Assembly: GCA_964360965.1 (NCBI GenBank)
Contig: CAYHYM010000005.1
Location: forward strand, 1-32,000
Length of the DNA stretch: 32,000 nucleotides
Direction of reading: 5' to 3'
Source of the DNA: an uncultured Gammaproteobacteria bacterium
GTDB lineage: Bacteria; Patescibacteriota; Microgenomatia; Daviesbacterales; UBA10151
How positions within the stretch are numbered: the stretch's first letter is position 1; each line of letters starts with the position of its first letter. Shown one piece after another: positions 16,232 through 24,410 of the stretch. Below the pieces are notes generated by a model. The model had not been told where the DNA came from and ran no database searches. It saw only the letters and a list, made by a program, of their open reading frames with translations. The translations under genes and the position numbers were made by a program.

Positions 16232-17359
16232 ATGCGGATAGTGATTGATGCCAGGATGTATCAAGAGTCTGGAGTAGGCAGGTATATTAGAAATCTACTT
16301 GAACAAATACAGATTCTGGATAAGAAAAATAAATATTATATTCTTAACTTACCCAATGAGTCCAATAATCAAGTCTATCATACCAATTTTAAAAATGTGT
16401 TAGCTGATTTTAAATGGTACAGTGTTAGTGAGCAAATCAGATTACCAGGTATTCTGAATAAATTAAAACCAGACCTAGTCCACTTTCCACATTTCAATGT
16501 ACCAATTCTCTACCCGGGAAAATTTGTAGTAACAATTCATGATTTAATTCATCAACATTTTCAGATGAGACGCGCCAGTACTCTTAACTTGCTAACTTAT
16601 AAAATTAAACAGCTGGGATATAACCAGATTTTTAAGGTAGCTACAATAAAGTCTGTACATATTTTGGTGCCTTCAAATTTTGTTAAAGGACTTTTAGTGG
16701 ATGAGTGGGGAGTGGATAATAATAAAATTACAGTTACTAAAGAAGCAGTTGGTGACAAACTACTTAAGATCGCGAATAAAATGTCGCAAGTGAAAATTAG
16801 TCAGGTAATGAAAAAGTTTATCATTAAACCACCATATATTTTTTATGTTGGTAATGCTCATCCTCATAAAAATGTGGAAGGATTAATAAAAGCCTTTTTG
16901 CTTTTAAAAAAGAAATATAAAAATTTACAGCTTGTTTTATCAGGTCACGACCATTATTTTTGGCAAAGAATTAAAAAAGAAAATAAATATCCGGGAATTT
17001 TGTATACAGGTTATGTGAGTGATGAAGAGATGGTAGCCCTTTATAAAAATGCTTCATGTTTTGTAATGCCATCTTTGGAAGAAGGATTTGGTATACCACT
17101 TTTGGAGGCGATGGTATGTTCTTGTCCGGTTGTTTCCTCAAATGCTGAATCACTGCCAGAAATAGCTTCTGATGCAGCCATTTATTTTAACCCCCATGAT
17201 GTGGGAGATATAGGGGATAAGATAGATGAGGTGTTGAAATCGGAGAAATTAAGAAAAGAGTTAATAGAAAAAGGCAAAAAAAGAGTAAAATTATTCAGCT
17301 GGAAAAAATTAGCTCAGCAAACACTGGAGGTATACCAAAATGCGGATAGAGCTTATTAG
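16232..17359 (+). CDS. Family 4 (GT-B) glycosyltransferase
   Basis: MRIVIDARMYQESGVGRYIRNL at the N-terminus and EEGFGIPLLEAMVCSCPVVSSNAESLPEI as the E-x7-E region. Confidence 0.85.
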   Translation: MRIVIDARMYQESGVGRYIRNLLEQIQILDKKNKYYILNLPNESNNQVYHTNFKNVLADFKWYSVSEQIRLPGILNKLKPDLVHFPHFNVPILYPGKFVVTIHDLIHQHFQMRRASTLNLLTYKIKQLGYNQIFKVATIKSVHILVPSNFVKGLLVDEWGVDNNKITVTKEAVGDKLLKIANKMSQVKISQVMKKFIIKPPYIFYVGNAHPHKNVEGLIKAFLLLKKKYKNLQLVLSGHDHYFWQRIKKENKYPGILYTGYVSDEEMVALYKNASCFVMPSLEEGFGIPLLEAMVCSCPVVSSNAESLPEIASDAAIYFNPHDVGDIGDKIDEVLKSEKLRKELIEKGKKRVKLFSWKKLAQQTLEVYQNADRAY

Positions 17360-17368
17360 GAGATTCAT

Positions 17369-18439
17369 ATGAGAGTAGCTCTTGTCCACGATGATTTAGT
17401 TCAGTGGGGGGGAGCAGAAAGAGTGCTTTTGGGACTTTGTGAAATATATCCTGATGCGCCAATTTATACCTCGGTGTTTGATGGGGAAAATAAAATGCTG
17501 CGGCAGATGTTTGGCTCCAAGAAAATTATTACCTCTTTTTTACAGAAAATCCCCTGCTGGAGGAGTTTATACAAAATATTACTCCCCTTCTATCCTATTG
17601 CCTTTGAGCAATTTGATTTCTCAGAGTTTGATTTAGTGATTTCCCACACTACCCGTTTTTCCAAAAGTATCATTACCAAACCCGAGACAGTACATGTCTG
17701 CTACTGCCATACTCCGCCCAGATTTTTATGGCATTTTTCCGGAGAGGGAAATTATGGTTTGGCAGAGTTACTGATGAGCAAACTCCGCTTGTATGATCAG
17801 ATTTCATCAAGGAGAGTTGATGCCTATATTGCCGGATCCGAAAACGCCAAAAGGAGAATCAAAAAAGTTTATGGTGTGGATAGTAAGATAGTTTATCCCT
17901 GCATAGATCTTAAGAGATTTAAAGACGTAGATACTTTTAATGGAGGATATTTTTTGGTTATTTCCAGGTTAAATAAATATAAAAAAGTAGATTTGGCAAT
18001 TGAGGCATGTATTAAGTTGGGGATACCACTTAAGGTGATCGGAAGGGGACCCGAGCTTGAGAGACTTCGGGGAATTCAGGGGGTTAGGGGAGAGATTGAA
18101 TTTTTGGGTAACTTAGGTGATGAGATGGTAGTGCAAGTTTTGGCAGGATGTAAGGCTTTAATTATTCCCGGAATTGAGGATTTTGGACTGACTGTTTTGG
18201 AAGCTCAGGCTTTGGGTAAACCTGTGATATCATTTAATCAGGGAGGAGTTTTGGAAACCGTGACAGATGGGATAACAGGTATTTTTTTTGACAGTCAGAG
18301 TTCAAAAAGTATAGTTTTGGCTATTAAAAAATTAGAAACTTTAAAAATTGCTCCTAATAAATGTAGGGAAAATGTCAAGCTTTTTAGTAAAGAAAATTTC
18401 ATTCACGAATTTAGGCAAACTGTTGCCGGTTTAATGTAA
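17369..18439 (+). CDS. Family 4 (GT-B) glycosyltransferase
   Basis: MRVALVHDDLVQWGGAERVLL at the N-terminus and EDFGLTVLEAQALGKPVISFNQGGVLETV. It carries G-rich module copy A at 18068-18100. Confidence 0.85.
   Translation: MRVALVHDDLVQWGGAERVLLGLCEIYPDAPIYTSVFDGENKMLRQMFGSKKIITSFLQKIPCWRSLYKILLPFYPIAFEQFDFSEFDLVISHTTRFSKSIITKPETVHVCYCHTPPRFLWHFSGEGNYGLAELLMSKLRLYDQISSRRVDAYIAGSENAKRRIKKVYGVDSKIVYPCIDLKRFKDVDTFNGGYFLVISRLNKYKKVDLAIEACIKLGIPLKVIGRGPELERLRGIQGVRGEIEFLGNLGDEMVVQVLAGCKALIIPGIEDFGLTVLEAQALGKPVISFNQGGVLETVTDGITGIFFDSQSSKSIVLAIKKLETLKIAPNKCRENVKLFSKENFIHEFRQTVAGLM
18068..18100 (+). repeat. G-rich in-frame module, copy A (cgg gga att cag ggg gtt agg gga gag att gaa; RGIQGVRGEIE)
   Basis: Hand alignment of the first 27 nt: 20/27 identical to copy C and 18/27 identical to copy B. 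Confidence 0.5.
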
Positions 18440-18461
18440 ACTATATAGAGTCTGATAAATT

Positions 18462-19091
18462 ATGGTCTACAATTTTACAAAAAGGATATTGGATGTTTTA
18501 GGTTCTTTTTTGGGGATAATTTTATTATCCCCCATTTTTTTGATTGTGGCCCTGGCAATAAAAATTGACTCTGCGGGGCCAGTTTTGGCCAATACTCCCA
18601 AAAGAGAGGGAAAAGACGGTAAACTTTTCACCATGTATAAATTCCGCTCGATGGTTGAAAATGCTCAAGAAATTCTACAAAAGAATAGAAAACTGATGGA
18701 AGAATACAAAAAACATAGTTATAAAATAGTTAACGATCCAAGAGTAACCAGTGTGGGAAAATTTATCAGAAGATTTTCTATTGATGAGTTGCCACAACTG
18801 ATAAATATTTTAAAGGGAGATATGAGTATGGTGGGACCAAGGGCCTATTATCCTTTTGAACTGGAAGAACAGCAGATAAAATATCCCACCTCCAGAAAAT
18901 TTGTTAAAATTATTTTGTCATCTAAACCTGGAGTAACAGGGGTATGGCAGGTTTCGGGGCGTTCTCAAATTAATTTTGATAAAAGGGTGGAGATGGATGC
19001 ATGGTATGTTCAAAAAAAGTCAATTATTTATGATATCTGGATACTTTTAAAAACTATACCTGCAGTCATATCAGGAAGGGGGGCAATATGA
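18462..19091 (+). CDS. Small monotopic phosphoglycosyltransferase (bacterial sugar transferase, PglC/WbaP C-terminal type); initiating enzyme
   Basis: 209 aa with an N-terminal re-entrant hydrophobic helix (LGSFLGIILLSPIFLIVALAI). KFRSM, IDELPQLINILKGDMSMVGPRA and the GVWQVSGRS motifs define PF02397-type enzymes. Confidence 0.85.
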   Translation: MVYNFTKRILDVLGSFLGIILLSPIFLIVALAIKIDSAGPVLANTPKREGKDGKLFTMYKFRSMVENAQEILQKNRKLMEEYKKHSYKIVNDPRVTSVGKFIRRFSIDELPQLINILKGDMSMVGPRAYYPFELEEQQIKYPTSRKFVKIILSSKPGVTGVWQVSGRSQINFDKRVEMDAWYVQKKSIIYDIWILLKTIPAVISGRGAI

Positions 19092-20938
19092 TTTATCAAA
19101 GATTTTCCAGAAAAAACAAAAGAAAAGTTGGTTTGAGGTTTGGGGTAGCAGTTTTGATAACTGCGCTTTTGATTATCATACCCTTGTGGCAGGCCTACTT
19201 GGGATTTAAGGATGTTGGACAACATGCAAAGGCCCTAGCCTCGGCTTATCAAAATCAAAATTTTGGCCAAATTCAAGCTCAGGTTTCTAATATCAAAAAA
19301 GATTTATCTAAAACAGATTTATCTTTAAATTTCCTCTTTTATTTAAAATTTGTCCCCCTTTTAGGTGGTTTCTATGAGGATGCCAAAAAGTTATCTTCTG
19401 CTTCCGTTTCATCTTTAGAGGGTGTGGAAATGCTTTTATCTAAATTAAAGGCAAGTGAGGAAGAGTTAGGGTTTTTAGGACAGCCAAAAGTGGGCGAGCA
19501 GCGCATAACTCAGGCTCTTAAAATTTTGCAAAAATCAATCCCCTATCTTGATAGCATTGAGCCAAATTTTAAAAGAGCAGCTTTTGAGGTTGAAGGGATT
19601 AACACTTCAAAATACCCTAAGCGTTTTAAAGATTTAGAGTTAAGAAAAACTATTGAGACAGCTAAAAATTTTATAATAGGGACACACTTTGGCATATCTG
19701 AAGCAAAAGATGCTCTGGTAATATTACCCTCTACTTTGGGGAATGAATCTGTTAAAAATTATCTTTTGCTTTTTCAAAATGACAAGGAAATTCGTCCCAC
19801 AGGCGGATTTATTACTGCTTTTGCATTTTTAAAAGTGGATCAGGGTAAAATTTCCGCTACCACCTCAGATGATATCTACAGACTTGATGAGCGGCTTTTG
19901 GCCACATGTGAAAGTAAAATTTGTCCTCTTACCCCTCCTGATCCTATTGTTAAGTATTTACCGGAGGTATCCGGGGTGGAAAGATCAGCCTGGAGCATGA
20001 GGGATTCAAATATCTCGCCTGATGTGCCTACATCTGCCAGGGAATTTGAGCGGATGTATCAACTTTTAGGATCCGGGCTTCCCTTTGATGGGATTATCTA
20101 TATTGATTCACAGGTTGTGGAGGAGCTGATTGAGGGAACTGGCCCAATTGATGTATTTGGCAATCCATATTCTTCCAAGATTGATCACAGGTGCAATTGC
20201 CCCAATGTCATTTTTGAGCTGGAGTCTTATGCTGAGATTGCAGCCAAGGGTACCCAGGACAGGAAAGCCATCCTGGGAGTTTTGATGCAGCAGATTCTTT
20301 CAAAGATGATAGGAGCAGATTCTGAGAAAATTCCTTTATTTTTAGAAACAGTGGTCAGGCTGGCCAATCACAAACACATCTTACTTTTTATGCATGATCC
20401 AAAAGTACAAAATTCCCTATACAAATTAAATTGGACAGGCCAAATTAAAGATTTTGAGGGAGATTATCTTCACATTAATGATGCCAACTTTGCCGGAGGC
20501 AAGTCTAATTTATATGTTGAGCAGACTGTTACTCAAGAAATAACCACTCAAAAGGACGGAATCAGAAAGAAAATCACCGTTGAATATAAAAATCCTCAGC
20601 CTTTTGGGGTTTGGTTAAATGGGATCAATCGGGATTATGTCAGAGTTTATGTACCCAAAGGGAGTAAACTGATTTCTTCCAAAGGGTCTGATGATCAAGT
20701 AAATACCATAGAAGATTTGGGAAAAACAGTTTTTGAGGCATTTATTCAAGTTAGGCCGCAAAATTCCAGAAAATTAGAGATAGAATATATTGTTCCTTAT
20801 CAGCCAAAAGATAAGTATAAATTGTTAATCCAAAAACAACCGGGGGCAAAAGATTTTCAGTATAAAATCAAAATAAATGGTAGACAGAAGGCTGATTTTA
20901 AACTGGATACAGATAGAGAATTTAAATTTGACTTGTAA
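19088..20938 (+). CDS. DUF4012-like membrane-anchored extracytoplasmic protein
   Basis: The ATGA start overlaps the phosphoglycosyltransferase stop. It has one N-terminal TM (VAVLITALLIIIPLW). FQNDKEIRPTGGFITAFAFLKVDQGKI matches the signature segment I associate with DUF4012. The function is unknown. Confidence 0.55.
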   Translation: MIYQRFSRKNKRKVGLRFGVAVLITALLIIIPLWQAYLGFKDVGQHAKALASAYQNQNFGQIQAQVSNIKKDLSKTDLSLNFLFYLKFVPLLGGFYEDAKKLSSASVSSLEGVEMLLSKLKASEEELGFLGQPKVGEQRITQALKILQKSIPYLDSIEPNFKRAAFEVEGINTSKYPKRFKDLELRKTIETAKNFIIGTHFGISEAKDALVILPSTLGNESVKNYLLLFQNDKEIRPTGGFITAFAFLKVDQGKISATTSDDIYRLDERLLATCESKICPLTPPDPIVKYLPEVSGVERSAWSMRDSNISPDVPTSAREFERMYQLLGSGLPFDGIIYIDSQVVEELIEGTGPIDVFGNPYSSKIDHRCNCPNVIFELESYAEIAAKGTQDRKAILGVLMQQILSKMIGADSEKIPLFLETVVRLANHKHILLFMHDPKVQNSLYKLNWTGQIKDFEGDYLHINDANFAGGKSNLYVEQTVTQEITTQKDGIRKKITVEYKNPQPFGVWLNGINRDYVRVYVPKGSKLISSKGSDDQVNTIEDLGKTVFEAFIQVRPQNSRKLEIEYIVPYQPKDKYKLLIQKQPGAKDFQYKIKINGRQKADFKLDTDREFKFDL

Positions 20939-20956
20939 TAGTAGATTTTCCTTATT

Positions 20957-21604
20957 ATGCATGGTTTTAAAACTGAAGGGATTATTTTAAAGAGGAGGAA
21001 TTTGGCGGAAGCAGATAGAATCCTTACAGTTTTTTCACTTCAAAAGGGCAAGATTTCTGTTTTGGCAAAAGGAGTCAGGAGAATTACCTCAAGACGAGCA
21101 GGTAATGTAGAACTTTTAAACAGAAGCATTCTGTATTTATACCAGGGGAAGGGCATGCCGATTTTGACTGAAGCAACCACTCTGGATACTTATTCTAAGC
21201 TGAAAGAGAATTTGACTTTATCTACTTATGCTTATCATATCTTAGAACTTGTTGATAAACTGACAGCTGAAAATCAGGAAAATAGAATCTTATATGGATA
21301 TTTGATGGAGGTTTTACAAAGACTTGCGAAAAATGCCCGCCAGATTTTGGTAAGAGCCTTTGAGGTAAAAATCTTGACTAATTTGGGGTTTGCAAGTTTC
21401 ACGGAAGGTGTAATCGTAAGACACCTTCGAGGTGTAATCGGGAGTCTGCTGAAACAGCTGGAAACTGCATCTTGGGGGGAGATTGAGAAGATAGAGGTAA
21501 ACGAAAAAGAGGCTATGGAACTGGAGAAGATATTACGATATCATGTAGAAAGAGTGATTGAAGGATCACTTAAAAGTAGAAAGTTTTTGAAATGGACAAG
21601 ATAG
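20957..21604 (+). CDS. recO: DNA repair protein RecO (cysteine-free)
   Basis: The N-terminal OB-fold segment FKTEGIILKRRNLAEADRILTVFSLQKGKISVLAKGVRR is canonical RecO. The protein contains no Cys at all. Confidence 0.8.
   Translation: MHGFKTEGIILKRRNLAEADRILTVFSLQKGKISVLAKGVRRITSRRAGNVELLNRSILYLYQGKGMPILTEATTLDTYSKLKENLTLSTYAYHILELVDKLTAENQENRILYGYLMEVLQRLAKNARQILVRAFEVKILTNLGFASFTEGVIVRHLRGVIGSLLKQLETASWGEIEKIEVNEKEAMELEKILRYHVERVIEGSLKSRKFLKWTR
21404..21440 (+). repeat. Hairpin (GAAGGTGT-N9-ACACCTTC) plus an 11-nt direct repeat AGGTGTAATCG with a 24-nt period, inside recO
   Basis: Read directly. The stem is 21404-21411 paired with 21421-21428. The direct repeats are 21406-21416 and 21430-21440. 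Encoded peptide: EGVIVRHLRGVIG. Confidence 0.8.
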
Positions 21605-22905
21605 TAGCATTGTGTAAAAGACGGGGATTTATATATCCGGGTTCTGAAATCTATGGAGGTTTGGGTGGGACTTGGGACTATGGTCCACTGGGGGTGGAGT
21701 TGAAAAATAACATTAAAAAGATATGGTGGCATGATGTGGTACAAGTCCGTGAGGATATGGTGGGGATTGATTCTGCCATCATGATGAATCCTAAAGTTTG
21801 GGAAGCCTCAGGTCACTTGGAGTCATTTGTTGATCCTTTAGTTGAGTGTAAAGAATGCCACGAAAGATTTAGGGCAGATAAGGAAGCAGAGATTAAAGAA
21901 CATGAGGAAACTCATCAGGGTGTTCGAGGAGTTCAGGGAAAGGTTGAATGGACAGAGGCCCAAAAGTTTAATCTTTTGGTAAAAGCTTATCTTGGAGTGA
22001 TTGAAGGTAAGCAAACAGAAATTTATCTTAGAGGAGAAATTACTCAAGGTGTACATGTTAATTTTAAAAATGTGCTAGATTCAACCAGGATTAAAATTCC
22101 CTTTGGTATCGCCCAAATTGGCAAGGCTTTTAGAAATGAAATAACTCCGGGTAATTTTATCTTTAGATCTAGAGAATTTGAACAGATGGAAGTTCAGTAT
22201 TTTGTAAAGCCCAATGAAAAAGAAGGTAAGAGATGGTATGAGTACTGGAAAAACTTCTGGATGGACTGGTATGCTAAATTAGGGATTAGAAAAGAAAATT
22301 TGCACTTTAAAGATCATGAAGAAGGAGAGAGGGCGCATTATGCCAGAATGGCAACTGATATAGAATACAAAGGTCCCTGGGGCTGGGCAGAATTTATGGG
22401 GATACATCACAGGGGTGATTGGGATTTAAGCCATCACCAGAAGTTTTCCGGACAAAATCTACAATATGGAGATCAAGAAAGCGGTAAAGAATATTTGCCT
22501 TGGGATATTGAATCATCAGCAGGAGTAGACAGGTCAGCGTTATTCTTCTTATTGGATTCTTATAGAGAGGATGGAAAAAGAGTTTTTCTAAGCTTGGATC
22601 CAAGGTTAGCTCCCTTAAAAGTTGCTGTTTTTCCCTTACTTGCCAATAAGCCGGATTTGGTGAACTTAGCCAGAAAAATCTATCTTGACTTAAGGGAAAA
22701 TTTTATGGTAGTTTGGGATGAGAGGGGTAATATTGGGGGCCGATATGCATCAGCGGATGAGATTGGCACCCCTTTTTGTGTAACAGTAGACTTTGACAGT
22801 TTAAAAGATCAGACAGTGACAATTCGGGATAGAGACAGTACCAAACAGAAAAGAGTCAAAATTAATCAGTTGCTCGAAGTTTTAAATAATAAAATAAATG
22901 GATAA
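21592..22905 (+). CDS. glyQS: Glycine--tRNA ligase (dimeric class II GlyQS type)
   Basis: MDKIVALCKRRGFIYPGSEIYGGLGGTWDYGPLGVELKNNIKKIWW is the hallmark N-terminus. Class II motifs FRNEITPGNFIFRSREFEQME and the C-terminal anticodon-binding domain are present. It carries G-rich module copy B. Confidence 0.9.
   Translation: MDKIVALCKRRGFIYPGSEIYGGLGGTWDYGPLGVELKNNIKKIWWHDVVQVREDMVGIDSAIMMNPKVWEASGHLESFVDPLVECKECHERFRADKEAEIKEHEETHQGVRGVQGKVEWTEAQKFNLLVKAYLGVIEGKQTEIYLRGEITQGVHVNFKNVLDSTRIKIPFGIAQIGKAFRNEITPGNFIFRSREFEQMEVQYFVKPNEKEGKRWYEYWKNFWMDWYAKLGIRKENLHFKDHEEGERAHYARMATDIEYKGPWGWAEFMGIHHRGDWDLSHHQKFSGQNLQYGDQESGKEYLPWDIESSAGVDRSALFFLLDSYREDGKRVFLSLDPRLAPLKVAVFPLLANKPDLVNLARKIYLDLRENFMVVWDERGNIGGRYASADEIGTPFCVTVDFDSLKDQTVTIRDRDSTKQKRVKINQLLEVLNNKING
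21916..21948 (+). repeat. G-rich in-frame module, copy B (cag ggt gtt cga gga gtt cag gga aag gtt gaa; QGVRGVQGKVE)
   Basis: Hand alignment of the first 27 nt: 22/27 identical to copy C. Confidence 0.5.
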
Positions 22906-22920
22906 AGAGATCCTAATTTT

Positions 22921-22946
22921 GTTACCCACAGCTTTGGTAGGGTAAC
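22921..22946 (+). other. Perfect 7-bp stem-loop GTTACCC-N12-GGGTAAC between glyQS and the next gene
   Basis: Read directly. It begins 16 nt after the glyQS stop and has no trailing T-run, so it is not a canonical intrinsic terminator. The 3' arm overlaps a TGG-TAGGGT-N6-ATG layout (22935-22952). Confidence 0.4.
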
Positions 22947-22949
22947 CAA

Positions 22950-23786
22950 ATGATAAATAAACTTAAAAATACTCTAAAAGTATATAAAACTACCGTTTTT
23001 CTTATAACACTTTTAATCCTGCTTATTTTAACAGGATTTTTGGTCTTTCAAAAATTTGTTCCGCAAAAACAAGAAGCTTTTTTAGAGGAGGTGGATTTAT
23101 CTTTTGATTCTGAGGGGCCTTTTGCGCTTTTATTTCCCAGGCGTGATGGCAACGCATTGATTTTAAACTTAAAGAGGACTTTTTCATATGGGAGGATCTC
23201 TTATGAGCTCGCATATAACGCCGAAGGAATAGACAGAGGAGTAATGGGGGAGATTGATACCAAAGATAAAAAGGGGGAATATGAACAGGAAATTTTATTT
23301 GGCACCTGCTCAAAAAAGGTATGTAAATATGATCAAGGAGTTGAAAATGGTACTTTGATTTTGCATATAAAAAGAGGTAAAGAGGCTTTGCGTATGATTA
23401 CCCAGTGGCACTTGCAGCGGCCTGATGTGGCTTTGGGGCAACTTAGCTCTGGTGATGGACATTTTATCTACAAAGTTGATGCGGATAGACAGGCTCTTTC
23501 CAATGTGGGATTTTCTATCATAAATGATTTAACAGGGGTGCAAAAATTACCTCAAGATAAAAAGATTGTGGGTAAAGTTTATGCTTTAAATACTCCTTTA
23601 ACAAGGGGCATACCTGAAGGGGTTGTAGAAATTGAACTGGCTGAGAAACCCCCGTTGGATGCAAAAATCGCCAGGTTTAATGAAAGTGAAAATAAATGGA
23701 TAGAGTTTGAGACAAAAATGGATGGATCTAAATTATCAGGTAAAGCTGACGGTTCTGGAATATTTGCAGTTTTAGTTAGCAAGTAG
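22950..23786 (+). CDS. Hypothetical N-terminally membrane-anchored protein
   Basis: 278-aa ORF with a TM at TTVFLITLLILLILTGFLVF and a beta-rich extracytoplasmic body. No motif was recognised. Confidence 0.55.
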   Translation: MINKLKNTLKVYKTTVFLITLLILLILTGFLVFQKFVPQKQEAFLEEVDLSFDSEGPFALLFPRRDGNALILNLKRTFSYGRISYELAYNAEGIDRGVMGEIDTKDKKGEYEQEILFGTCSKKVCKYDQGVENGTLILHIKRGKEALRMITQWHLQRPDVALGQLSSGDGHFIYKVDADRQALSNVGFSIINDLTGVQKLPQDKKIVGKVYALNTPLTRGIPEGVVEIELAEKPPLDAKIARFNESENKWIEFETKMDGSKLSGKADGSGIFAVLVSK

Positions 23787-23843
23787 CTTGTCACGGCAAA
23801 AAGCACCGCTCTAGTCTCACTACTTTCATTTTAATTTGGGTAT

Positions 23844-23872
23844 TGACAAACAGATTTATAAAGGTGGAGAAT
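23844..23872 (+). promoter_or_regulatory. Candidate mraZ/dcw promoter TTGACA-N17-GAGAAT
   Basis: A perfect -35 TTGACA at 23844-23849 and a weak -10 GAGAAT at 23867-23872. This leaves a ~120-nt leader before mraZ. Confidence 0.4.
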
Positions 23873-23897
23873 GGTTATGGATGGTGAATTAAGGTTA
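23861..23897 (+). promoter_or_regulatory. Four direct GGT(G/T)(G/A) repeats at an exact 10-bp period; putative MraZ operator
   Basis: aaGGTGGaga atGGTTAtgg atGGTGAatt aaGGTTAatc, with GGT at 23863, 23873, 23883 and 23893. The array overlaps the candidate -10. MraZ operators in E. coli and mollicutes are GTG-containing direct repeats with a ~10-bp period. Confidence 0.5.
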
Positions 23898-23943
23898 ATC
23901 CACCTACGCTAAAGCTACGGTGGACAAGTATTCTGCCCAGAAA

Positions 23944-23981
23944 GATCCGCCTTCGGGTCGAAGTTTCGATCCTTCGGCGAG
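23944..23981 (+). repeat. GC-rich structured segment in the mraZ leader (direct repeat GATCC(GC)CTTCGG x2 and a hairpin at 23955-23972)
   Basis: gatccgccttcgg gtcgaagtttc gatccttcgg cgag. The stem is gggtcga/tcgatcc with one G-U pair. The core CCGCCTTCGG...GGCGAG is shared with the murE insertion on the opposite strand. Confidence 0.6.
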
Positions 23982-23999
23982 ATAAAAGAGGATGTCCTC

Positions 24000-24410
24000 A
24001 TGTTTTTGGGCGAATACAAAGCTAAATTTAGCGGTCAGGGAAGATTAATTTTGCCAAAGAAGTTAAGAGAAGATATTTTAGGCAAGAGAATAATTTTAAG
24101 CCGCGGTTTTGAGGGATGCATTTGGGGTTTTGATGTTAGCGCTTTTGAAAAAGAGGCCGGCAAACAGCTTGAAATATCAGTTACAGAAGAACGGGCCAGA
24201 TTTTTGAGGAGGTATCTGTTTTCATTAAGCGTTTCAGCGGAGTTGGATAAACAGGGGAGATTTATTATTCCCCTCACCCTGCTGATTTATGCTAAGATAA
24301 GACAAGAGTTAGTGATTATTGGCGCCGGAGATCATTTTGAGATTTGGGATAATAAATTGTGGGAAAAGCATTTGAGGGAAATAGAAAGAGACTATGGAAG
24401 GGTATCATAA
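24000..24410 (+). CDS. mraZ: Transcriptional regulator MraZ
   Basis: AGAGGA Shine-Dalgarno 6 nt upstream of the ATG. MFLGEYKAKFSGQGRLILPKKLRE and the second SpoVT-AbrB half ELDKQGRFIIPLTL...GAGDHFEIWD are canonical. Confidence 0.9.
   Translation: MFLGEYKAKFSGQGRLILPKKLREDILGKRIILSRGFEGCIWGFDVSAFEKEAGKQLEISVTEERARFLRRYLFSLSVSAELDKQGRFIIPLTLLIYAKIRQELVIIGAGDHFEIWDNKLWEKHLREIERDYGRVS

Noticed and set aside
23871-23912. 13-codon upstream ORF (MVMDGELRLIHLR) in the mraZ leader.
   Set aside because: Its ATG lies inside the phased repeat array, with a purine-rich stretch only ~3 nt upstream (poor Shine-Dalgarno spacing). The repeats themselves explain the sequence more simply as an operator.
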